Positions 20,567 to 31,020 of a stretch of DNA of 64,000 nucleotides are shown here, in pieces (positions within the stretch are counted from its first letter, which is position 1; every line of letters begins with the position of its first letter). Below the pieces are notes generated by a model. It was not told where the DNA came from. It made no database searches and saw only the letters and a list, made by a program, of their open reading frames with translations. Position numbers and translations under genes: made by a program. The DNA lies in assembly GCA_016840085.1 (NCBI GenBank), contig JAEOTA010000058.1, forward strand, positions 33,083-97,082, written 5' to 3'. This DNA is from Promethearchaeota archaeon (lineage in GTDB: Archaea > Asgardarchaeota > Lokiarchaeia > Sigyniarchaeales > SOKP01).

Positions 20567-21397
20567 ATGAATATGAACCGTATCCAAATCAAAGCTCGCG
20601 GATTTACGTTTGATGCCTGGTCAGATGGGCCGGAAGAGGGGCCCTTGCTACTGTTATTGCATGGTTTGCCCCGAACGAGCTGGGAGTGGCACCATCAACT
20701 GCCGAAATTAGCTGAGGCTGGGTTCCGAACTGTTGTGCCTGATCTGAGGGGTTATTGTCCGGGTGCGCGACCTGAAGGTGTGGAGGCATATGTTGTAGAT
20801 GAGTTTGTCGAAGATATACTGGCAATTGCCGATCAGCTTGGATGGGGGGATCGACCATTTCATCTTATGGGTACCAGTATCGGCTCAGTGGTTGCATGGT
20901 GTATTGCCGGAGAGTATCCACAGCGGGTAGCGACGCTGGCTTGCATCAACATTCCACATCCTATGGCAATTGTTGAGGTGATGGCGACAGAGGCGGCGGA
21001 TAAACAACGACAAAAGATGAGTTATTTTTCTAATTTCAGAAAAGAGGGCAATCAATTGAAAATGTTTGAGTCTACCCTTAAACGCATGGAATTGCCGGCC
21101 GAAGAGACCGACCCGTATCGTGAGGCGCTCAGCAGCGAAGAAGCGCTTCGGGCCATTTTTCACTGGTATCGGGTACTTAAAATTCCACCACTAAAACCGG
21201 TTGTCATGCCCACTCTGTACATTTGGCCCCGAAAGGCAGGTAATGTTTCCCGGGAGGCGGCTGAAGCAAATGCGCATTATGTTGAAGCACCGTATCGATT
21301 CGAGATCCTCGAAGTTGCGCGCAATTTCGCACTTCAAATGGAGCCTGAAAAGATAACCCATCTATTGCTTGAGCATCTGGCTGAACACGCTCAATAA
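20567..21397 (+). CDS. Alpha/beta hydrolase (epoxide-hydrolase-like), high GC
   Basis: LLHGLP, PDLRGY, nucleophile elbow GTSIG, PTLYIW. GC is visibly much higher than the flanks (one 60-nt line counted at 55%). Confidence 0.88.
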   Translation: MNMNRIQIKARGFTFDAWSDGPEEGPLLLLLHGLPRTSWEWHHQLPKLAEAGFRTVVPDLRGYCPGARPEGVEAYVVDEFVEDILAIADQLGWGDRPFHLMGTSIGSVVAWCIAGEYPQRVATLACINIPHPMAIVEVMATEAADKQRQKMSYFSNFRKEGNQLKMFESTLKRMELPAEETDPYREALSSEEALRAIFHWYRVLKIPPLKPVVMPTLYIWPRKAGNVSREAAEANAHYVEAPYRFEILEVARNFALQMEPEKITHLLLEHLAEHAQ

Positions 21398-21444
21398 AAC
21401 TATGCGTTGAACATTGGCTTGGTTCGAGCCTTTTTAAATTTTGT

Positions 21445-21466
21445 CCCAATTTCATAGGAAATTGGG
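21445..21466. terminator. Hairpin downstream of hydrolase (possible terminator)
   Basis: CCCAATTTC-ATAG-GAAATTGGG perfect 9-bp stem, preceded by a small GGCT..AGCC stem with a T-run. Confidence 0.4.
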
Positions 21467-21470
21467 TTGG

Positions 21471-21505
21471 AAAGGTAAATTCAGAGTCTGATTTTCATGA
21501 AAATT
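21471..21505. repeat. 35-bp direct repeat, copy 2 (right of hydrolase gene)
   Basis: Matches 20448-20482. Confidence 0.85.
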
Positions 21506-21596
21506 TATTTGAAATAAATCTTATTTTCTTGGATGGCAAAATCAAAGTCTGACACTAAAATTTTTAAATTTACTTATATCATAGAAATTTAGTGAG

Positions 21597-22568
21597 ATGA
21601 TATTTTCAGAAAGCGAGATTGAAAATATTTTAAGATATTATGATGTTGGTTCATTGGTTAAATTCAAGGGAAAATTAGACAATGGGTTTCAGAGTGAAAA
21701 TTTTCATATTTTGACTGAGAGAGGGGATTTTGTCGTCAGAGTTATATATGATACTGAAAAAAACATAAAGATATGCATGAGAGTATATGAATATTTAGCT
21801 AGAAATGGTATTAAGACACCAAATCCTATGAGTAACAAAGAAAATGCTCTCTTTTTGTCATATAAAGAGCAGTTTGTCGTTATCCAAACTTTTCTGGAGG
21901 GAAGCGATGAATCTAATATCAAAAAAATAAATCAACTGCTACCCTTTTTTGGAAAAAAATTAGGAAAAATACACTATATCTCAAAAAAAATGGTTGATGA
22001 GCTCGGAAAAGAAATTTTCGTTAGAGATCAAGATACCATAACAGCTGTTAGAAATATGGCAAGGAGATATATGGTAAAGGATGATTATATCTATAACCAG
22101 TATAAGGAATGGGAGAAAGAAATAGAAAAGTTACCAGCTCATTTATTAACTAAGGCGGTTATTCATGGGGATATCGGACCTAAAGACTTTTTCTTTAAAA
22201 AGGGAATCTTTACGGGAATAATGGATTTTAATGCTGCGGGATATGACTGTTTGCTCTTTGACATCGCTCCGATGATGATGTATTGCGGATTATATCATCC
22301 AAAAAGAATTGAAGATTATATTAGATTTGTTCACGCTTATTTGGAAGAGTCTCCTGTCAAAAAAGAAGAATTTAAATGGTTATATCTTATTCTTAAGACA
22401 AGATGGTTAGGGCAAATTTTTTATCATCAGTATAGATATGCAGAGGGAATCACAAGAGGTCTGGATACAAATAACAGAGAAGAGAATCTACAAGGAGTGG
22501 AAGATGGGAAGTATTTTTTAAAAATATTAGAACAATTTTCACATGATGATTTTTTTACAGTATTATAG
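21597..22568 (+). CDS. APH / type II homoserine kinase-like phosphotransferase
   Basis: GFQSENF, IHGDIGPKD (catalytic loop), IMDFN, LFDIA. Confidence 0.85.
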   Translation: MIFSESEIENILRYYDVGSLVKFKGKLDNGFQSENFHILTERGDFVVRVIYDTEKNIKICMRVYEYLARNGIKTPNPMSNKENALFLSYKEQFVVIQTFLEGSDESNIKKINQLLPFFGKKLGKIHYISKKMVDELGKEIFVRDQDTITAVRNMARRYMVKDDYIYNQYKEWEKEIEKLPAHLLTKAVIHGDIGPKDFFFKKGIFTGIMDFNAAGYDCLLFDIAPMMMYCGLYHPKRIEDYIRFVHAYLEESPVKKEEFKWLYLILKTRWLGQIFYHQYRYAEGITRGLDTNNREENLQGVEDGKYFLKILEQFSHDDFFTVL

Positions 22569-22650
22569 AACAGGGTTAAAAATTTTTAATTAATTGAATT
22601 TCGAATAAGAAAAGGTTCAAAAAAAAAAATACAATTTAAGAATTACATTT

Positions 22651-23820
22651 TCAAGATTTCTTTATTTTTTTGCTTATAAGGATTGCTACAAAGGATAGAA
22701 CACCAAGTAGAATGAATACATTATATCCTGGAATTATACCATCTCCATTATCATCTCCTTCTTCAGGAAGAAGTGGACACTTCATTAGTGGAAAATTATC
22801 CTGAGAACCTTCTGTACTTGTAACATTATATGGCGTATCCCCTATACCGTCATCATTAGCATCTACACCATTGTAATCATCCCAATAATTACCAATAGTT
22901 CCATTGTCCCATTGGTTATCTATTCCACTATCCCTAGCATTTAATCCATTCCCGATAAAACAGTTTTTGTTTACAAGGTTTTCATCGCTCCTATCTGATA
23001 GGGATATCCCAGTTTCACTATTATCGTTTGTGATATTTTCCGAGAGGGTATTATTATTGCAATAATCATCTAAATGTATCCCTTCATTAGAATTCTTATG
23101 TGCGGTGTTTCTCGAGAGAGTGTTGAAATTACATCTTAACCATAATAATATTCCACGATCTCTATTGTCATTCACGATATTTCCTGAGATGGTATTATAA
23201 CTACAGCGATCTTTAAATGTAATTCCTACATTATTATTTTTTAAAGTATTTCCTATAATAATATTAACATCACAATTTGAGTCAAGTCTAATCCCCGCCC
23301 AGACATTGTCGTTTACTCTACAATTCGAAATTGTATTATTATCACAATCATTATAGAGAAATATTCCATGCCTGTTGTTATTTGAACAGGTATTATTTAT
23401 CAAAATTCCGTAATTTGTGTATTCCAATCGGATCCCTGCGTCATTTGTCTCATTACCCGCATTGTAAACAGAGCAATTTCTGATTATAAAATCCTCATTT
23501 TTGGAATTTTGTATAAAAATCCCACTTCCCGTCGGTGAACCATTGGCGTCAATTATAACGTTTTCAATAACATAAAATCCATTGACAAAAGTACACCATG
23601 GTTTTATAAGAGTTTCTGTCCAATTACCATCAATATGTATAAAAGATTCGATATAAGTTACAGATAATTTCAGGCTTTTTAAATTAGTCTCATATTGAAT
23701 TTCTATGGTTCCATCATTATTCCCTTGATCGTCAATGATATTAAAATTGCTAATGGTCGATACTGCGAAAATCATCCCGAAAACTATTATAGTCATTTTT
23801 ATTTTGTTTTTATTTCTCAT
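22651..23820 (-). CDS. Secreted parallel beta-helix (NosD-like) protein with Loki-CTERM-like tail
   Basis: PbH1 repeats, WDNGTIGNYWDDY...GIGDTPY, IPGYNV-TM-KKIKKS. Confidence 0.88.
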   Translation of the reverse strand: MRNKNKIKMTIIVFGMIFAVSTISNFNIIDDQGNNDGTIEIQYETNLKSLKLSVTYIESFIHIDGNWTETLIKPWCTFVNGFYVIENVIIDANGSPTGSGIFIQNSKNEDFIIRNCSVYNAGNETNDAGIRLEYTNYGILINNTCSNNNRHGIFLYNDCDNNTISNCRVNDNVWAGIRLDSNCDVNIIIGNTLKNNNVGITFKDRCSYNTISGNIVNDNRDRGILLWLRCNFNTLSRNTAHKNSNEGIHLDDYCNNNTLSENITNDNSETGISLSDRSDENLVNKNCFIGNGLNARDSGIDNQWDNGTIGNYWDDYNGVDANDDGIGDTPYNVTSTEGSQDNFPLMKCPLLPEEGDDNGDGIIPGYNVFILLGVLSFVAILISKKIKKS

Positions 23821-23853
23821 TATATTTCACCCAAAATTTATTGGATTAAGTAT

Positions 23854-23887
23854 AAAATTGACAATTATGTATTTAACACTTTTGTAT
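23854..23887 (-). promoter_or_regulatory. Conserved 34-bp promoter block, copy 3
   Basis: Identical to 9612-9645, 33 nt upstream of ATG 23820. Confidence 0.7.
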
Positions 23888-24231
23888 GTAATTCACATAT
23901 TAAATATTCTTGCAGAAAATCCAAAAACACCCATATTAAAAGTATAAGTGGTATATTTCATATATGAAATGCCTAACACTTATCTTGCTAATATTTAATA
24001 GAATAGGTGTGTGAATTTATTTAAATCCAATACCTAAATTTTGTAACCCCCCAAATTTTAAATGTTGAATGTGAACTCGCCCAAAATATCGCTAAAAAAT
24101 TAAAGGAAATATAACTTTAAAAATAGAAAGAATAATCCTTAGGAATATATAAATGTCTCAAACTAACTAAAATTCTGATTAGATAAATTAAATGAATAAA
24201 AAGAAAAAATAAATTAAAAAAATGTTTAGAT

Positions 24232-25917
24232 TTACATCATACCAGGAGGAAGACCTCCCATCCCTCCCATACCAGGCGGCATACCGCCCATCCCTCCCAT
24301 CCCTCCACCAGGAGGCATTGGGGGCATTGCAGACTTCGCGCTAGCGATGATATCATCGATTCGCAAAATCATGGAGGTTGCTTCGGTGCTACTTTTAATA
24401 GCTTGAGCTTTGACGATGGTTGGTTCGACAACACCAATTTTCATCATATCAACAATAACATCTCCAGTATCTAAGTCGTGTCCCGCGAATTTATTTCCTT
24501 GTTGATGAGAAGCTCGTAATTTCATTAATGTATCAATTTGGTCTAGGCCTGCGTTTTCAGCTAAGGTTTTTGGGATGATATCAAGTGAATCAGCAAATAC
24601 TTCAACCGCAAGTTGTTCACGTCCACCTAATGTAGAGGCATATTCTCTTAATTGAATCGCAGTCTCGATTTCTGGAGCGCCACCACCGCCAACAATTTTT
24701 TGATCTTCTACCACATCTCGAATTACGCAAAGTGCATCGTGAATTGCTCTCTCAACTTCATCAACGACAAGTTCAGTTCCTCCTCTAATGAGAATTACAA
24801 CTGATTTCGGATCTTTACATTCTTCAATAAAAATCCAACTGTCGTTCATTATTTTTCGTTCTTCTACCACTCCAGCATATCCTAGCTTTTCTGGAGTCAC
24901 ATCATCAAGATTTGTAAAGATCATACCACCAGTAGCTTTTGAGAGTTTTTCTATATCTGATTTCTTAACTCGCCTTATTGCCATAATTCCCGCTTTTGAA
25001 AGAAAATGTTGTGCGAGATCATCAATTCCTTTTTGACAAATGACGACGTTAGTTTCAGATTTTTCAATTTTTTCAACCATAGTTCTTAACATTTTTTCTT
25101 CTTCATCTAAGAATTGCTGAATTTGCTCTGGACTGGTAATTTGAAGTTTAGCATCGAATTCTGTTTTTTCTATTTCAATCGCGCTTTGTAAGAGTAAGAT
25201 TTTTGCGTCTTTTACGATTTTTGGCATTCCGGGACTTACAACCTCTTTGTCAAGAATAATACCTTTGATTAATCCCGTATCATCAATTGAATCTCCCTCT
25301 TTCTTCTGAATTTGGACTTTATCAATGTCGGCAACCCATTTACCATTATCATCTTTTTCGGCAATTGCTTTAATAGCATCCATACAAATTTGAGCTAACA
25401 TTTCTTTTGATTCTGAAACGATTTTAGACGACATACACGTCATTGCTACGTTTTTTAATCCTTCTTCGTCATCAATACCGCTTTTTACAGACATATTATC
25501 AAGTATTTCAATTGCTTTATCTGCTGCTTTACGAAAACCTTCAGTGATTACTGTAGGGTGAATCTTTTGCTCTATAAGTTTCTTGGCTCTTTTTAATAAT
25601 TCACCAGCAAGAATAACTGATGTTGTTGTTCCATCGCCAACTTCAGAATCTTGAGTTTTTGCGACTTCAACCATCATTTTAGCAGCAGGGTGTTGAACAT
25701 CGATTTCCTTTAATATAGTAGCGCCATCGTTGGTTATAACAACATCTCCGAATTGGTCAACTAACATTTTATCCATTCCCATAGGCCCAAGTGAAGTTCG
25801 GACAGCTTCTGCAATTACAATAGCAGCTGCAATGTTATTCGACATTGCATCACGCCCACGTTGTCGTTCAGTTCCTTCTTTCATAATAAGAACAGGTGTT
25901 CCACCAAGTTGTGCCAT
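24232..25917 (-). CDS. ths: Thermosome (group II chaperonin) subunit
   Basis: [38 protein letters not shown]-rich tail. Confidence 0.97.
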   Translation of the reverse strand: MAQLGGTPVLIMKEGTERQRGRDAMSNNIAAAIVIAEAVRTSLGPMGMDKMLVDQFGDVVITNDGATILKEIDVQHPAAKMMVEVAKTQDSEVGDGTTTSVILAGELLKRAKKLIEQKIHPTVITEGFRKAADKAIEILDNMSVKSGIDDEEGLKNVAMTCMSSKIVSESKEMLAQICMDAIKAIAEKDDNGKWVADIDKVQIQKKEGDSIDDTGLIKGIILDKEVVSPGMPKIVKDAKILLLQSAIEIEKTEFDAKLQITSPEQIQQFLDEEEKMLRTMVEKIEKSETNVVICQKGIDDLAQHFLSKAGIMAIRRVKKSDIEKLSKATGGMIFTNLDDVTPEKLGYAGVVEERKIMNDSWIFIEECKDPKSVVILIRGGTELVVDEVERAIHDALCVIRDVVEDQKIVGGGGAPEIETAIQLREYASTLGGREQLAVEVFADSLDIIPKTLAENAGLDQIDTLMKLRASHQQGNKFAGHDLDTGDVIVDMMKIGVVEPTIVKAQAIKSSTEATSMILRIDDIIASAKSAMPPMPPGGGMGGMGGMPPGMGGMGGLPPGMM

Positions 25918-26118
25918 TTTTAATTTTTCACCTTGTTTGTAAATTTTATTTTGAATATTTTTTTTGAATTTAAAATTATACTTATTTATTTATATAGATC
26001 TCTAAGTCATAAAATTAAAAAAGTTTTCGTATTTTTTAAAATTTAAGGGAGCAATAGCAGTTAAATTGTCTTTTCTTAATAAGAAGTAATAATCTTTAGT
26101 TATGAGGATTGTATTAGA

Positions 26119-26280
26119 TCATTTAGTAAGTTCTCTTCTTTTTAGTCGTATATCTTTTCCATGGCATCTTCTACATTTTTTGGCTCTAATTGGGTTCAAG
26201 GCACCACATCGTCTACAAACTGATTTTTCCAATAGGTGGTATCTCGCTATTCTGCGTTTCACTGGATCGTCAATCGGCAT
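26119..26280 (-). CDS. rpl40e: 50S ribosomal protein L40e (not in ORF track, 53 aa)
   Basis: Manual translation MPIDDPVKRRIARYHLLEKSVCRRCGALNPIRAKKCRRCHGKDIRLKRRELTK matches the L40e CRxCxAxNPxxAxxCRxC pattern. Confidence 0.93.
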   Translation of the reverse strand: MPIDDPVKRRIARYHLLEKSVCRRCGALNPIRAKKCRRCHGKDIRLKRRELTK

Positions 26281-26468
26281 TTTTACTCAGTCTTTATGTT
26301 TTTTACTTTGAAATGTAACTTACTTATTAACCTATCAAGAATGATTTCTAAAACATGCGATTCCAAATAAAATTTATGATTAAATAAATGTAGAATAAGA
26401 TAAAATTAAAATTCTATAATGAATAGATCTATCTATCAATTATCATGTCTAAATTTTATTGAAAAATT

Positions 26469-26663
26469 ATGCCTAGAGAAATATTTGATGAAGAAAAGTT
26501 CTTAGAATTATCAGAATACGCGATTCATTGTCGTGTAAAGCGGTTAAAAGATTTTGTGAAATTGAAACTAAGGACAAAGAAAATTCTTTATACATATAAA
26601 ACAGATCCACTATCCGCAGAGAGATTATTACGAAATATTAGTTGTGATATAATAGAATTATGA
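26469..26663 (+). CDS. rpl38e: 50S ribosomal protein L38e
   Basis: MPREI...FLE...VKLKLRTKKILYT pattern, 64 aa. Confidence 0.88.
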   Translation: MPREIFDEEKFLELSEYAIHCRVKRLKDFVKLKLRTKKILYTYKTDPLSAERLLRNISCDIIEL

Positions 26664-26765
26664 AATTATGATTCTACGAATTATAATACTTTTTATTTTC
26701 TATATAATTGGAGAAAACTACACTAATTAACAAAGTTAATTTAAATAACCTTAAACTGAGAAATC

Positions 26766-27686
26766 ATGATTCAATCTCTCTATATTTTTCAAAGCGCTTC
26801 GAAAAATATCTTATATAATAAGAATTTCCAGAGCGATGAAAAGATGGAAATGTTTAGTTCTTTTTTTTCAGCATTACAAACTTTTGTGTCTGAGTTAACA
26901 TTGAGTCGCACAGATTCATTAAACACAATTGAATTAGGGGAATATTTTGTTCTAATTACCAGCATTCCTGAGATAATGTCTGATTTGGTAATAATTGTTG
27001 ATAAAGCAGATATAAAGGAGGTGCAAAAACTAATCCCAAAAATAATAAATATTGTATTAAGTCATCAAGATTTATTTATTAATTGGGACCAAGAGCCAGA
27101 AAAGCTTGAAATGTTTGATTTAAAGATAATACAACTGATTCTCTCAAATAAAAAATTGATCTCTGAATCTTCTTTAACTGCTAACCAAAGTGCTATATTA
27201 AAATCAATCTGGGAACAAAAAGGAACCTTATCTGAGCAATTACGAGAGAATTTGTTAAAAGAAATGGAAGAACTTAATGAAAAAAATTTAACTGAGGAAA
27301 ATTATCTAAATAAATACAACATTTCTATGAAATTAATTGATATTTCGGAGAAACTTAGGGATGATGAAAGATTTATTGAGTATCAAACAGAAGCAAAATC
27401 GATTAAAGATGAGATTAAAGATCGAAGACTTAGGTTACAATACTATTTAGACAAACTTAAAGAATCTTTAGAATATTCTAAGTATGCAGAAACTTATTCT
27501 TATCTTTATTCTTTTTGTATGAAACTCCAAAATTTTGTTGAACCTGAAATTATTGAAAACTATAAAACACTTGCGAAAACCTTGTTTAATAGAAAAAAAA
27601 TTCCTAGAGAAGAATTTAAGAAAGTGCTTAAAGAAATTTCAATGATAGAGGAAAATATTACTCAGGTGTTTTCTTTAAACCTATAA
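26766..27686 (+). CDS. Asgard protein with N-terminal longin-like domain and helical C-terminus
   Basis: LYIFQ...MFSSFFSALQTFVSEL motif similar to the other longin-like modules in this window. Confidence 0.55.
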   Translation: MIQSLYIFQSASKNILYNKNFQSDEKMEMFSSFFSALQTFVSELTLSRTDSLNTIELGEYFVLITSIPEIMSDLVIIVDKADIKEVQKLIPKIINIVLSHQDLFINWDQEPEKLEMFDLKIIQLILSNKKLISESSLTANQSAILKSIWEQKGTLSEQLRENLLKEMEELNEKNLTEENYLNKYNISMKLIDISEKLRDDERFIEYQTEAKSIKDEIKDRRLRLQYYLDKLKESLEYSKYAETYSYLYSFCMKLQNFVEPEIIENYKTLAKTLFNRKKIPREEFKKVLKEISMIEENITQVFSLNL

Positions 27687-27901
27687 TTCCTTTATTAGAA
27701 AATTTCTATAACATTTGGTTTTTTTCATATCACCTAATGCGTTAATTATTTAGATTCAAATCTTATTTAAATAAGGAGTTATGAATTGATAACATAAAAT
27801 TAATTAAATATTATTAATAGAGATCAATTACATCACGCTAAATCAAAAACAATATAAAAGAATATTATTAAATCCGATTAATTTAATCTGGTCTGTTAAT
27901 A

Positions 27902-28414
27902 ATGAAAGTTCTTCCTGCTGATAAGACATGTATTAATTCTGGATTTTTATGTTCTAATTGTCAGGCTAGACTTGATGCTGGTGAAATAACAGAATTTGAG
28001 ATTGATTTAGCAAGAGGGTTAATTGAATTAGAGGAAGAAAATGAAAAATTTGCTTTCTTAAAGGATATTTCTTTCTATAAAGCAATAGATTATGAAGACG
28101 TTATTATAATTGTCATTGGGAAGAAGGATAAGCTAAAATTTACCCCGGAATTAATAGATTGGATAAAGGAAACATACGAAATAGATGAAATAATTTTAGT
28201 TGAGAAAACAAATAAACCGCGACCTGTTGTAGAAGCGTTAATCGCACCTAATAAACTAGTCTCATTAAATGAAATCTTCTTAGCAACTGGAGATATTCAA
28301 TTTAGAGCAGTGCTATGGGAAGAGGATAAAGAAAATTTTTTATTTACTAAGGAAGAACTTGAAGAGTTAATTCTTGAATTAACTGGGAATATTACTAGAG
28401 TAGAATTTGAATAA
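27902..28414 (+). CDS. Archaeal NusA-like (KH) transcription elongation factor
   Basis: N-terminal C.xSG.LC..C motif, VEALIAP. Located upstream of pth2-truD as in other archaea. Confidence 0.75.
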   Translation: MKVLPADKTCINSGFLCSNCQARLDAGEITEFEIDLARGLIELEEENEKFAFLKDISFYKAIDYEDVIIIVIGKKDKLKFTPELIDWIKETYEIDEIILVEKTNKPRPVVEALIAPNKLVSLNEIFLATGDIQFRAVLWEEDKENFLFTKEELEELILELTGNITRVEFE

Positions 28415-28461
28415 TTAGTAATATTTAATTAGCTAAATTCTTAATATTTAATAGATTTACC

Positions 28462-28818
28462 GTGGAAGAATATAAACAAGTAATTTTAATAAGAACAGAT
28501 CTTAAAATGGGAACTGGTAAAAAATGTGCCCAATCATGTCATGCTAGTGTTTCTGCTTCAGATCTAGTTCGAATCCATAATAAATCCGCTTGGAAGAATT
28601 GGAAGAATTCTGGACAGAAAAAAGTTGTCCTTAAAATTCAATCCATGGATCAATTAAAAGAATTAGTAATGAAACTTGAATCAACTAAAATCCCACATTT
28701 TATTGTTAATGATGCAGGATTGACTCAACTAACCCCCGGAACAACAACAGCTGTAGGTATTGGACCTGTCTTATCGAAAGAGATTGATAAAGTAACCGGA
28801 GAACTAAAATTATTATAA
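28462..28818 (+). CDS. pth2: Peptidyl-tRNA hydrolase Pth2
   Basis: [45 protein letters not shown]. Confidence 0.95.
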   Translation: MEEYKQVILIRTDLKMGTGKKCAQSCHASVSASDLVRIHNKSAWKNWKNSGQKKVVLKIQSMDQLKELVMKLESTKIPHFIVNDAGLTQLTPGTTTAVGIGPVLSKEIDKVTGELKLL

Positions 28819-28841
28819 TAGTAAAAGTATAGGCTAAAAAT

Positions 28842-30227
28842 TTGTCTAAATTAGAAACTGATACTTATTCTTTTAGGGAAAATAACGAAATAGATGTAGA
28901 AAGGTTTGTTGGAATTCAAACTTTTGCTACACATCATATGGGAGTTATAGGTGGAGAATATAAAAAAGAATTTAAAGATTTTATTGTTAGGGAAATTGAT
29001 AAAAATGGAAAAATCCTTGATATAAAAGAAGATTCTAGTGCTCACTCGTTTTCTAAAGAATTAAAAGATCGATATACCACGTTTAATTTGATAAAAATAA
29101 ATAAAGATACATTTGAAGCAATAAGAAAAATTAGAAAAGTATTACAAATTCCTTATAATCTTATTAAATATTCTGGATTAAAAGATAAATTTTCAATTTC
29201 AGTTCAAAAGATTTCTATAAAAGGAGACTATATCGAAAAATTAAGGAATTTAAAAATTAAGAACATTTTTATTAGAAATATTATTCCATCTAAAAAACCT
29301 GTTAAATTGGGAAGTCATTGGGGTAATAATTTTACAATAGTGCTAAGAAACATCAAAGATGATAAAAATTTAAGAAATAAAATAGAAGAATATATAAAAT
29401 TTTTAAATAATTTTGGATTCCCTAACTATTTTGGGCTTCAAAGATTCGGAAAATATAGACCTAATTCACATATAGTTGGTCGTTGTCTTTTAGAGGGTAA
29501 TTTTAAGAAAGCATTTGAAGAATTTGTATCAACAACATATTCAACTGAGTCTATGGAATCAAAATTGGCAAGGAGAGAGTTTCGAAAAACTGGAAACCTT
29601 GAAAAGGCTTACAAAGAATTTCCAAATAGATTGAATTACGAAAAAAATATAATTCATCATTTGATTGAAAATCCAGAAGATTATGAAGGTAGTATTAATA
29701 CACTACCCTCTGATTTGAAGAAATTATTAATTAGTTCTTTTCAATCATATTTATTTAACAAAATGCTTTCAAAAAGAGTTGAAAAAGGTTTTTCTTTATT
29801 TAAACCTATGAAAGGTGATGTTATTAGCATATTAGATGACTATAATGGAAATTTAACACAAGTAAAATACATTTATGGGAATTCTTATGATAGTTATCTA
29901 AAGAAAGCATTAAACTTAAATCGAGCTACTATAGTATTTCCTATCATTGGTACTAATACAAATTTAGATGAATTTCCATCTGTAAAATTATTATTCGAAG
30001 AAATCATAAAAGAAGAAGGGATTGATAAACACATTTTGACTAATAAATTAGTAAATGGGCAAGAATTTAAAGGTTCTATTAGAGCAATAATAGTAAAACC
30101 AACAGCACTAAAAGTTTTAGAATTAGCTGATGATGATCTTAACTTAGGAAAAAAAAAAATCAAATTTGAATTTTCTCTTCAGAAAGGTACTTATGCAACA
30201 ATGTTGATTAGAGAGATTATCAAATAA
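28842..30227 (+). CDS. truD: tRNA pseudouridine(13) synthase TruD
   Basis: DFIVRE, GLKDK, GNNFTI, FPNYFGLQRFG, FQSYLFN, GTYATMLIRE. Confidence 0.95.
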   Translation: MSKLETDTYSFRENNEIDVERFVGIQTFATHHMGVIGGEYKKEFKDFIVREIDKNGKILDIKEDSSAHSFSKELKDRYTTFNLIKINKDTFEAIRKIRKVLQIPYNLIKYSGLKDKFSISVQKISIKGDYIEKLRNLKIKNIFIRNIIPSKKPVKLGSHWGNNFTIVLRNIKDDKNLRNKIEEYIKFLNNFGFPNYFGLQRFGKYRPNSHIVGRCLLEGNFKKAFEEFVSTTYSTESMESKLARREFRKTGNLEKAYKEFPNRLNYEKNIIHHLIENPEDYEGSINTLPSDLKKLLISSFQSYLFNKMLSKRVEKGFSLFKPMKGDVISILDDYNGNLTQVKYIYGNSYDSYLKKALNLNRATIVFPIIGTNTNLDEFPSVKLLFEEIIKEEGIDKHILTNKLVNGQEFKGSIRAIIVKPTALKVLELADDDLNLGKKKIKFEFSLQKGTYATMLIREIIK

Positions 30228-30891
30228 CATTAATAATATATGACTTTACAGTTTCAATTCCAAAAATATCAATTGTTTTCACTGAAATAATATAAGTACC
30301 GGATTCATTGTAATGATATAAGTCCGATTTTAAAGAAAGCGTCCTACTTTTGGGAGTTCTATAAGAAAACCACAAGTTTCTAAAAGAGTCATTTTGAGCA
30401 TCAAAATCAATTGCCCAATAATCAATCCAATCGGAAAATGATTTTATATTTTCTTTAACTTTTTCTGAAATCACGTTTTTAAAAGGTATTAAGTAATTAA
30501 GTAATTCTATAGAAATGTTATTATTGTTTTTATGAATTTTTACTTCAAAATCAGGACTTTCCTTAATTTGAAATTTATTTTTATTTTGAATATTTTCATG
30601 TAAAAACACATTTGGGATTGAAGTTTTTTTATCATTGTTTTCAAAACATAGGATTTTGAAGGAATGAGAATCTTTATTGTATATATTTTTCCAATTTATC
30701 ATATCATTACTATTCTTTATGCTGAGAATTCTTTTTTTAGACATATTTATCGCATGTCCGTTTGAGTCGCATCCAATCCAGTGTCTTCCTAACTTTTCTG
30801 CTACAGCTAATGTAGTACCTGAACCGCAAAAGAAATCTGCTACAATATCTTTTTCATGTGTAGAAGCTAATATTATTCTTTTCAAAAGACG
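30220..30891 (-). pseudogene. 3' fragment of a site-specific (N4/N6, beta-class) DNA methyltransferase, interrupted
   Basis: Begins RLLKRIILAS..DIVADFFCGSGTTLAVAEKLGRHWIGCD. The DPPY and HPTQKP parts are missing, and an in-frame TAA at 30892-30894 lies directly upstream. Confidence 0.8.
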
Positions 30892-31020
30892 TTATAGCAA
30901 TGCTTAATGAAAAATTAGTAGGGGGTGTAATGACCAATTTTTAAGAAAAGTGAGAATTGAAATTGAAATTCGTAAAACGGAAAGGGAGCATGAGATATGA
31001 AGTTCAGAAGGTTATAATAA

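Noticed and set aside
20448-21505. Integron attC sites around the hydrolase
   Set aside because: No convincing RYYYAAC/GTTRRRY-bounded hairpin and no integron integrase. Kept only as direct repeats.
26102-26311. 69-aa plus-strand ORF
   Set aside because: Antisense to the clear L40e gene.
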